NCBI GenBank assembly: GCA_002838935.1
Contig: PGXE01000007.1
Span: 5,673-42,258 of the forward strand
Origin: Thermoplasmata archaeon HGW-Thermoplasmata-1
GTDB lineage: Archaea; Thermoplasmatota; E2; GCA-002838935
Length of the DNA: 36,586 nucleotides
Reading direction: 5' to 3'
The notes under the pieces: generated by a model
Told to the model about the DNA's origin: nothing
What the model saw: only the letters and a program-made list of their open reading frames with translations
Databases searched by the model: none
In this document: one piece after another, positions 7,733 to 15,152 of the stretch
Layout: each line of letters opens with the position of its first letter
Position numbering within the stretch: position 1 is the first letter of the stretch
Program-made: the position numbers and the translations under genes

Positions 7733-8152
7733 GTGTTGAACCTCGGGTTGCTGGATGGGTCGTTTATCGACCAACTTGTAATGCGGACGGGGTTTTAACG
7801 TAATTTGTTTGTGCTTGATCGTAGGGTCTGAATTTCATAATTCCACAAGTCTGAAATGGGTTTTTAGTATAAATAATTTACATAAATTAAAAATATTATG
7901 AGGCATTAAAGCAGAATATTTCAATTTACTTGAAAAAGGAACCAGAACGCCACCAGTGTCGCGGGTGGTATTTTAGAAAAAAGTTGCAATATTAGCTAAA
8001 TAGGTTGCGGGTCGGCCTCAATTTTTCTTTTTCACAGAAGCAGCGCCTGTTTTGCGAACCGCCCGCGGCAAAAATAGATATAACCTTCCCACATAGGGTT
8101 TCTTCAATACTATATAGTATCTCATATATGCAACTCCAAAGAAGGTATATTC

Positions 8153-8581
8153 ATGTCATGGAAATCACCTGTAAGCTACGACGCCCAGTCCATGTCGCTG
8201 GTCATGCGCGAGGTTCTGGAAGAGATGGGCTACGAGTTCGAGAGGGGCCACTCGCAAAAGTATGGCACCCGGACCATGTTCGTCATGCCGGTGCCGACCA
8301 CAAGCTACGTTTTCCGGTTCACCGTAAAGAAGCCCGCGGAGTTCGTAATCGACCTCTACGACCTGCAGCTCACGCAATCGGCGTTCGTCCCCCACATCGA
8401 GATACCTGATATCACCTCCGCCAACATAAACGCGGTAAGGGCCGTGCTAAAGAACCTCGCAGGCAGACTGCCGCGAAAACCCTGGCATTTCACGTTCGGG
8501 CAACGGCTCGCAATCGGCCTTCTCAACCCCGAATTCCACAGGGCCAAAAAGGCGTGGCGGCGCCTCGGTTTCCCGACGTAG
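8153..8581 (+). CDS. Hypothetical protein (142 aa), no family recognised
   Basis: Clean ORF with compositional consistency. TATATA at 8112-8117 lies ~40 nt upstream of the ATG. Confidence 0.5.
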   Translation: MSWKSPVSYDAQSMSLVMREVLEEMGYEFERGHSQKYGTRTMFVMPVPTTSYVFRFTVKKPAEFVIDLYDLQLTQSAFVPHIEIPDITSANINAVRAVLKNLAGRLPRKPWHFTFGQRLAIGLLNPEFHRAKKAWRRLGFPT

Positions 8582-8773
8582 GGTGGCGATCCATTTTTGC
8601 GCCGGTTTTTCACCCGCGGCTTGAAAAATCCGCTCTTTCGCGCAAGCGCTGCCCCAAGCTTATAAACCGGGAGTGCAGTAAATCCACGATTCAACACTAA
8701 AAGAAAAACAAAAACTTATTAACCTAAAGAACCTTACCTTCCCTAGATAAATCGATAGTGTCGAGGTGCGATA

Positions 8774-9844
8774 ATGGATTACAAAATAAAGTCGATCAGC
8801 CTGATTCTGACCATGCTTATTGCGGCAAGCGCGCTCTTTGCGTCCGCGGCAATTGCGGGAACTTCCGACGAGCCTGAGATAACCGACCCGAGCGGAGATG
8901 CCGTAATCGGGGAATTTCCTGCCGCGACTCCTGTCAATTCGGCCGATATAGTGGCCGCATGGATGAACGACGACGGCGAGAACCTGTCGACCACGATACA
9001 ACTTTTTGCAATGGATTCGGATCCGACGGCGCCCGAATTCTTTTTCCTTTTCGAATTGCTACACATACGGGTAATCGTTTATGAATTCCACTTCACGGTC
9101 GACGAAACCGCATGCTGGACGAGAGCGACCTACCAGCTATCCGAGCCGAGTCCGCCCGATGTACCTGGCTCTGCGTATACGTGGGAATCGTCTGCGGGAA
9201 CCGCGAACGGCGTAGTCGACGATGCCAACAACACCCTTACGATAATAGTGCCTCTCGAAGATTTGGGGGTGTCTGTTGGTGACATAGCAACAGAACTCTA
9301 CGTCACTTCCGCAGCATATCTCCTCATGACGGACCTGTCCCCAGTGGCCGAAGACCGTGCCCCGGACGCAGACTTCGGCGAGGATTATACGATCGGCGGC
9401 GCGGGCGGCGTGCCTACCCCCGAGATAACCCTCTCTTGCAGCAGCAAGAGCAAGAACGTTGCCCCCGGCGCAAATGTCACCTACGCAATGGTCATCTACA
9501 ACACGGGCGGCACCGAGCACGCCGTGACGCTTGCATACGCAGGCCTTCCGTCCGGCTGGACAGCCACCTTCGATGGCGGCAGCGCAACAGCCACGATAAC
9601 CGTGCCCGCGCAGGCCGGCTCGACGCCGGGCTACAAGACAGCGAACCTGACAGTCGGCGCGCCGGCAACGGCGGCCGTAGGCGAAGCGGCCGCAGTCAAC
9701 GTCACAGCGACATACGTCGTAAGTTCCGTTAGTCATTCGAGCAGCGCACTGCTCACCTCCAAGGTCGTAGCCGCAGGCGACGACACCCCGCCCGGCGACG
9801 ACCCGGCGACGACGATGATGACGGCGCCGGCGGAGAGGGCATAA
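8774..9844 (+). CDS. Secreted surface protein with NEW3/CARDB-like Ig-fold domain; no C-terminal anchor in this frame
   Basis: GAGGTG RBS at 8762-8767. Signal peptide (KSISLILTMLIAASALFASAAIAG). C-terminal module NVAPGANVTYAMVIYNTGGTEHAVTLAYAGLPSGWTATF...NLTVGAPATAAVGE is typical of NPCBM-associated NEW3 domains. Confidence 0.65.
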   Translation: MDYKIKSISLILTMLIAASALFASAAIAGTSDEPEITDPSGDAVIGEFPAATPVNSADIVAAWMNDDGENLSTTIQLFAMDSDPTAPEFFFLFELLHIRVIVYEFHFTVDETACWTRATYQLSEPSPPDVPGSAYTWESSAGTANGVVDDANNTLTIIVPLEDLGVSVGDIATELYVTSAAYLLMTDLSPVAEDRAPDADFGEDYTIGGAGGVPTPEITLSCSSKSKNVAPGANVTYAMVIYNTGGTEHAVTLAYAGLPSGWTATFDGGSATATITVPAQAGSTPGYKTANLTVGAPATAAVGEAAAVNVTATYVVSSVSHSSSALLTSKVVAAGDDTPPGDDPATTMMTAPAERA

Positions 9845-9852
9845 CCGGGAAG

Positions 9853-10602
9853 ATGAACGACTTTGCCGAGACGCTGGGGCTTGGCGGCGTTGCGGACCAA
9901 ATCGGCCTCGAACCGTGGATTCTCCTGCTCCTGCTTATATTGCTCATCGTAATCCTGCTGATAATAATCATAATATTACTTCTGAAGGGAAAGAAGGCGA
10001 TAAGGATATACGCCCTTGAAAAGCTGCACGAGGTCGACCCCGGCGAAATAGCCGAGTTCCAGATAACCGTGCAGAATCAGTGCAAGCAGAAGCCAAACGG
10101 CAAGAACCGCCTCATAATCGGACTCGAGAGAATTGGCGACCTCCCGTCCGGCTGGAAGGCCGAGATGAACAAGGGCTCCTTCGACCTCGACGGCGGTGAA
10201 TCCGGCGAACTGAAGCTGACTGTGAAAACCTCGCCTTCGGCTTCGATGGACGAGTGGGCGAACATAACCGTCAAGGCCACGCCGCAGGAGAAGCCGAAAA
10301 AGGCGGCGGCGGTCGCGACGATAACGATGATAAAGGAGCACAAACCTGATCTCGTCATAACGAACGTCACCCACGCGCCTGTTTCGTTCAAGGGAGGCGA
10401 CGTAGTCACCACTTCCGCCACGGTCGAGAACAACGGCGATGCGCCCGCGGAGAACATTGCGGTCGTGTTCTACGTGGACGGCGAGGAGCGCGGACGCCTC
10501 GGCAACCTCAATCTCGTTCCCGGAGCGAAGGCGAAAGTCAAGTTCCCGTGGAAGGCGGGCGAAGGGGAGAACCACATCAACATGAAAGTAGAGGGCGTGT
10601 GA
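9853..10602 (+). CDS. Membrane-anchored protein with NEW3-like and CARDB domains
   Basis: Strong TM (WILLLLLILLIVILLIIIIILLL) followed by KGKK. Then EIAEFQITVQNQ...LPSGWKAEM... and a CARDB-like module (DLVITNVTHAPVSFKGGDVVTTSATVENNGDAPAENIAVVFYVDGEE). Confidence 0.6.
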   Translation: MNDFAETLGLGGVADQIGLEPWILLLLLILLIVILLIIIIILLLKGKKAIRIYALEKLHEVDPGEIAEFQITVQNQCKQKPNGKNRLIIGLERIGDLPSGWKAEMNKGSFDLDGGESGELKLTVKTSPSASMDEWANITVKATPQEKPKKAAAVATITMIKEHKPDLVITNVTHAPVSFKGGDVVTTSATVENNGDAPAENIAVVFYVDGEERGRLGNLNLVPGAKAKVKFPWKAGEGENHINMKVEGV

Positions 10603-10708
10603 AAAAGTCGCCATCAGGCGATTTTTAAACAAGCCGAACATCAGTGAGGACGCGTGAAAAAGTCGCCATCAGGCGATTTTTAAACAAGCCGAACATCAGT
10701 GAGGACGC
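10599..10708 (+). repeat. Perfect 55-bp tandem duplication, each copy carrying a terminator-like hairpin plus T-run
   Basis: GTGAAAAAGTCGCCATCAGGCGATTTTTAAACAAGCCGAACATCAGTGAGGACGC occurs at 10599-10653 and again at 10654-10708. The hairpin is TCGCC/GGCGA with A/T extension, followed by TTTTT. The first copy includes the stop codon of the upstream gene. Confidence 0.9.
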
Positions 10709-10872
10709 GTAATCCTAAAAACCCATTTTTCAAAATCCCCACTTTCCCGCAACACTCTTTTGATTTTTTCACATCCTTTTTCGATTTTCCTCATCCTTAT
10801 GGCATTTTCACCCTCAAAACGTTTTTTAACCAAAACTCAATGCTGAATCATCAAAACTAAGCTGGTTTGACA

Positions 10873-11757
10873 ATGAAGACGACTGACGGGCAGCAAAGGG
10901 AAGGGCTGCGGGACGAACTGCGCAACTGCGAGTCGAAACACAGGATGTTGATAGAGCGGCGCAACGAGCTAAACGAGCAGGCGAAGGTCACTAGGGAAGA
11001 GCGCGACATGCTCAATACGAGCAGAAAGGAGCTCGTCGGGAAGATGAACGCGTTGCGCGACGCCCGCACCGCGGCGGTTGCCCGGATGAAGCTTCACCGC
11101 GATGCGAGAAACGAGTACCAGAAGCAGGCAAAATCGCTGATAGAGGCGCAGAAAAAGAAGAAGGGGGGTATCGAGGGGTCGCTGCCCATGCGCGCAAACG
11201 AACTGAAAGCCGAGATACAGACACTCGAGCACAGGCAGGAAACCGTTCCGATGTCGGGCGCAAAGGAGAACGAATTAATAGACGACATCAGGGCAAAGCG
11301 CGCCGATTACGAGCGCATCTCGAAGGAGATTGGCAAGCAGAAGCTCCTGAAAGTCGACCTCTCCGACACCCACAAGGCGATAGACGAGCTTTTCAAGCAC
11401 GCGGACGACGAGCATATCCTCGTGCAGAAATACTACGCAGAGTCGCAGGCCGCGCACGAGGAGTACGTGAAACTAGCATCCGATATATCGGTGCTTATCT
11501 CCGAAGCGAACAAGAAGCACGAGGAGTACGTCGAACTGAAGGCGCGCGCGGACGAGCACCACGTAAAGGCGCAGGAGATGCGCGCCAAGGTCATGGAGAT
11601 GAAGAAGGAGCAGTTCGACGAGCGAAAGGCGGCAAGGCAGGCGATAAGCGATGTCAACGTGGCCGCAAGGAAGGCGCTCGCGGACGAGTCGGTTCTCGAC
11701 AACGTCGCGGATTCGGCCCTCGACGCGCTGAAGAAGGGGAACAGGATATCGCTGTAA
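10873..11757 (+). CDS. Archaeal coiled-coil protein (COG1340-like)
   Basis: Heptad-rich, charged sequence throughout (ELRNCESKHRMLIERRNELNEQAKVTREERDMLN...). Size and pattern fit the conserved archaeal coiled-coil family often mis-annotated as phosphoserine phosphatase. ATG 10873 is preferred over TTG 10867. Confidence 0.5.
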   Translation: MKTTDGQQREGLRDELRNCESKHRMLIERRNELNEQAKVTREERDMLNTSRKELVGKMNALRDARTAAVARMKLHRDARNEYQKQAKSLIEAQKKKKGGIEGSLPMRANELKAEIQTLEHRQETVPMSGAKENELIDDIRAKRADYERISKEIGKQKLLKVDLSDTHKAIDELFKHADDEHILVQKYYAESQAAHEEYVKLASDISVLISEANKKHEEYVELKARADEHHVKAQEMRAKVMEMKKEQFDERKAARQAISDVNVAARKALADESVLDNVADSALDALKKGNRISL

Positions 11758-11807
11758 TCCTCAATCCAAACCACCTCTCTTTTTAAAAGAGCATATCTCC
11801 ACAATCC

Positions 11808-11896
11808 CGTATCTTCAGAATCTCTCGCAAAAATCTCGTATCTTCAGAATCTCTCGCAAAAATCTCCGTATCTTCAGAATCTCTCGCAAAAATCTC
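11808..11896 (+). repeat. Three tandem copies of a 29-30 bp unit upstream of the PGF-CTERM gene
   Basis: CGTATCTTCAGAATCTCTCGCAAAAATCT(C) starts at 11808, 11837 and 11867. Confidence 0.9.
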
Positions 11897-11931
11897 GCCG
11901 CTTCGTTCTTCTCGAAAAACAGCCGCATCAC

Positions 11932-11940
11932 TTTTAAATA
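11932..11940 (+). promoter_or_regulatory. Putative TATA box (TTTTAAATA) of the 742-aa surface protein gene
   Basis: Ends 33 nt upstream of the ATG at 11974. GGTGA (11965-11969) would lie in a short 5' UTR. Confidence 0.4.
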
Positions 11941-11973
11941 CCCCCTTGACAATATTTCATTAATGGTGAACGT

Positions 11974-14202
11974 ATGAAAAACGTCTATTTCGTAGTTCTG
12001 ATAGCAAGCGCGTTACTGTTGCCGATGATAATGCCGACTGTTCCGGCAGCCGCCGGAGACCCCAAGGTCTGGGATACAGGCTCGATAAACGACCTTGCGA
12101 TGTCGGGCAACGGCAAGTTCCTCGTGGCAGGGTGCGCGGACAAGCAGGTTTACGCGATCAACTGGAACAGCGATTCCGTCGAATCCTACGATACTGCGAC
12201 CGGTCCTCTTCGCACCGACGGAGGCGCGATAAACGCGGTCGACGTTTCAGACGAGGTTGAAACAGGCGAATATTATGCTGCGGCCGCATGCCAGGACAAT
12301 TCGGTCTATTTCCTCAAGAGGACGAGCGCCGCGTGGATTGGAAGTATCGATTTAAGCAGGCCGGTTTCGACAGTCGCCATATCGGATAACGGCATGTACG
12401 CGGTCGCCGGCACTGCCGTCGAAACATGGCGCACCGAGAACGCGAAGATACACCTGATGACGAGAAGCGGCGATGTGGTCACAGAGACAAAGGGCACTTC
12501 CAACCCGTGGCCGTTCACGGTTAAAGGAAAATCCTCGGTGGAGCCAACCAGGAACATAAAAGCCATTGAACTGTCGGGCGACGGAAAATACATGGTCGCC
12601 GCGGCAGGCGGCTACGCCTACCAGTTCGAGAGAAGCGTTGGCGAGCAGTGGAACAGGTCGTTCACAAGCGACGTCACCGACGTCGCAATATCAAATGACG
12701 GCGGATATTATGCCGTTTCGACAGGTAACTTTATTCACGGCTTTGTAAGGGCGACTCGGCAGGGCTGGGCGTATAACGCGGGCGCAAGCGTAAGCAAGAT
12801 CGCGATATCCGGCGACGGCAAACTGATAGCCGCCACCGCCGGATCAAAACTCGTCGTTCTCGCATTCAACGCATCCGCAGCGCAGCCTCTCTCGCTAAAA
12901 TGGAGCTTCTCGGCGCCAAACGCGCTTAGCAGCCTTGCCATTTCGAAGGATGGCAACTACGTATCGGTTTCAAGCGGCAACAACGCATATTACTTCCATA
13001 CGAGTTCGAACACTCCCATCCGGAACTACGCGGGCGGCATGAGCGCGGTCTGCGTGGACGACAAGGGCGCATATCACGCGACCGGAGGCTCAAGCAAGGT
13101 CTATCTCATGGAGCCGGTCTACGGAATAGAGATATCGTCGCAGTCGCACACGGCATCGCTTTTGCCTGGCGCGAACAGGACATTCCAACTGACCGTAACC
13201 AACAAAGGCAACCGCTACGACCCGGTTTCGCTTTCGCACGCAGGCACCTACATAGCGTGGGGCGCGTTCGACACTTCGCCCTTAACGATTTCCCCCGAAA
13301 ATTCGGCGCTGTTCAACTACACGGTCGCGGTCCCCGACAAGAACTCGCTAGGGGATTACGGCGCGGCAAAGGCGGGCACGATAGCCCTGATACCGGTTAA
13401 GGCGACCTCCGGCCTCTCTTCGGCTGTGCACGGCTCACTCGACCTCGAAGTGAGCGTCCTGCAGAGATACAGCGCCTCGGTGCAGCCTGCGAGGGTTGCG
13501 GCTTCCGCCGATGCGGGGAGCGGCGCCACCCTCTCGTTTACGATACTGAATTCTGGCAACGGCGGCGATAAGATAAAGCTCTCCGTAAGCGAGACCACCT
13601 CGACAGGATGGCCATATACGCTTGGCGCAAGCACGCTCGAACTCGGATCCAACAGGTATCAGGAGGTCACGCTCACGGTCACGCCGCCGGCAAACGCTCT
13701 TGACGGTTCGCAGGCAGAGTTTCGGATAAGCGCAAAACCGCAGAACGGCGCCGGAGCCGCAGCAATCGCGGAAGGAGCGGTCGCGGTCAATCCGGTTTAC
13801 GGCGTAAAACTCGAAGGCGAGAGCGCCATCAGCGTGAAGGAAGCGTCTGCCGTGCAGCACTCGTTTAGCGTGAAGAACACGGGCAACCTCGATAGTACAT
13901 ACCTGCTTTCGGTATCTACCTCGGCGAGCGGCTGGGAATATCATCTGTCCGAGGAATCGCTCGAAGTTTCGGCAGGTGCGGCAAGAACGGTCACCCTGAC
14001 GGTCGTGCCGCCGGAGGGCGCCAAAGCAGGCGCCAAGGCGACTTTTACCATATCTGTTGTTGCAGAGGACAGCAGCGCGACATCTTCGACGCTCGCAGTC
14101 AGCGCGGTAGTGGAAAAGGTCGGCGGGATACCGGGTTTTGAAGTCGCATTCGCGATTCTCGGCGGGCTTTTCGTGGCGATTGCCACAAGAAGGAAGCGCT
14201 AA
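11974..14202 (+). CDS. Secreted beta-propeller + NEW3-domain surface (S-layer-like) protein with PGF-CTERM sorting signal
   Basis: Signal peptide (VVLIASALLLPMIMPTVPAAAG). Repeated blades (MSGNGKFLVAG, ISDNGMYAVAG, LSGDGKYMVAA, ISNDGGYYAVS, ISGDGKLIAAT, ISKDGNYVSVS). NEW3-like modules (TSTGWPYTLG, SASGWEYHLS). C-terminus GGIPGFEVAFAILGGLFVAIATRRKR is a canonical PGF + TM + basic tail. Confidence 0.85.
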   Translation: MKNVYFVVLIASALLLPMIMPTVPAAAGDPKVWDTGSINDLAMSGNGKFLVAGCADKQVYAINWNSDSVESYDTATGPLRTDGGAINAVDVSDEVETGEYYAAAACQDNSVYFLKRTSAAWIGSIDLSRPVSTVAISDNGMYAVAGTAVETWRTENAKIHLMTRSGDVVTETKGTSNPWPFTVKGKSSVEPTRNIKAIELSGDGKYMVAAAGGYAYQFERSVGEQWNRSFTSDVTDVAISNDGGYYAVSTGNFIHGFVRATRQGWAYNAGASVSKIAISGDGKLIAATAGSKLVVLAFNASAAQPLSLKWSFSAPNALSSLAISKDGNYVSVSSGNNAYYFHTSSNTPIRNYAGGMSAVCVDDKGAYHATGGSSKVYLMEPVYGIEISSQSHTASLLPGANRTFQLTVTNKGNRYDPVSLSHAGTYIAWGAFDTSPLTISPENSALFNYTVAVPDKNSLGDYGAAKAGTIALIPVKATSGLSSAVHGSLDLEVSVLQRYSASVQPARVAASADAGSGATLSFTILNSGNGGDKIKLSVSETTSTGWPYTLGASTLELGSNRYQEVTLTVTPPANALDGSQAEFRISAKPQNGAGAAAIAEGAVAVNPVYGVKLEGESAISVKEASAVQHSFSVKNTGNLDSTYLLSVSTSASGWEYHLSEESLEVSAGAARTVTLTVVPPEGAKAGAKATFTISVVAEDSSATSSTLAVSAVVEKVGGIPGFEVAFAILGGLFVAIATRRKR

Positions 14203-14308
14203 ACGTCCGTAACTAAAACAGAGGATGAATATTATGACCGGACTAACCCCTTCGCAGGATGCGCAACAGAAACCTGCCGTTAAGACAAGCATATCAGAGA
14301 TAAGAAAG

Positions 14309-14662
14309 ATGAACTTGAAAGGGATCTCAGAAAAGAAAGACCCCCAAATATACATCGACCATATATTCGAAACGGCTGATGAAATCGACGAGCTCATCGG
14401 GGAAATGGGTTTCGAAGAGTTTCTGAAAGATATCGCAGTCAAAAAGGCGGTCGTGTGCAACCTCATGATCATAGGTGAAGCCGCGGGGTGTATAGACCAA
14501 GAAACGAGAGCGAAATACCATGATGTCAAATGGAGCAAGATCGTGGGAATGAGGAACAAGCTCATCCACGAATATTTCGGAATAGATTATGAGGCTGTTT
14601 GGGGCGCCGTGCGTACGCATCTTCCGGAACTAAAACAGCAATTGAAAAAAACGAGGCGATAG
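14309..14662 (+). CDS. hepT: HEPN-domain (DUF86) toxin of a HEPN/MNT module
   Basis: RX4H motif in GMRNKLIHEYFGIDYEAVW. IIGEAAG helix. Typical ~117 aa if started at the ATG at 14309; the track's ORF starts at 14225. Confidence 0.8.
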   Translation: MNLKGISEKKDPQIYIDHIFETADEIDELIGEMGFEEFLKDIAVKKAVVCNLMIIGEAAGCIDQETRAKYHDVKWSKIVGMRNKLIHEYFGIDYEAVWGAVRTHLPELKQQLKKTRR

Positions 14663-14663
14663 T

Positions 14664-14966
14664 ATGAAACCCCGCTACGCAGATATAGATGTCGACGCGC
14701 TCGTCAAAGAGTGCGTAAAACACAACATAAGATTCATGGGTATCTTCGGCTCATATGCCAGAGGGGAACAGAAGAAAGGCAGCGACATGGACATCTTGGT
14801 TGAATTCTCTGACAAGAAGAGTCTTTTCGATTTGATGGATATCGAAGAAGAGCTTACGGAGATTCTTGGCATGCCTGTTGACATTGTCACGAAAAATGCG
14901 CTGCACCCCAAAATACGGGATAACATACTAAAAGAACTCCGGGTGATTTTCCAGCAATCGGCGTAA
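14664..14966 (+). CDS. mntA: Minimal nucleotidyltransferase (MNT) antitoxin
   Basis: GSX10DXD motif (GIFGSYARGEQKKGSDMDILVEF). 100 aa. Starts 1 nt after the HEPN stop. Confidence 0.85.
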   Translation: MKPRYADIDVDALVKECVKHNIRFMGIFGSYARGEQKKGSDMDILVEFSDKKSLFDLMDIEEELTEILGMPVDIVTKNALHPKIRDNILKELRVIFQQSA

Positions 14967-15152
14967 TGAAAGGAAGTAATTCAGCCGGCGTGTCGAACGT
15001 TTTCGTTTCTCTGTCACGGGCAACGCACTCTTTTCACTTTTTTGCACCACAATTCTTTTATTCTAGAAACGAACTCCCCCTACCAGAAAGAGCGTATGCC
15101 ATCGGGCATACCATAATGATAAAGATAACGAAAAACAGAGGAGTTGAAAAAT

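Noticed and set aside
7810-7860. Box C/D sRNA suggested by two CUGA motifs (GTCTGAA twice) in the AT-rich spacer
   Set aside because: There is no acceptable C box (RUGAUGA), only TTGATCG. The spacing between candidate boxes leaves guides of ~6 nt. There is no terminal stem.
7733-8152. Replication origin in the AT-rich intergenic region
   Set aside because: No ORB or mini-ORB-like repeats (GTTCCAGTGGAAAC type) are present, and no adjacent orc1/cdc6 gene. AT-richness alone fits a divergent promoter region.
13435-14565. 376-aa minus-strand ORF spanning the end of the PGF-CTERM gene and the HEPN gene
   Set aside because: It is antisense to two genes with clear domain signatures. The sequence is Arg/Cys-rich and motif-free.
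15094-15111. Perfect 7-bp hairpin GTATGCC-ATCG-GGCATAC upstream of the giant surface gene as an operator or riboregulator
   Set aside because: This is a single short palindrome with no second copy or recognisable motif. It could equally be chance or the terminator of the upstream TA pair. It is not enough to call.
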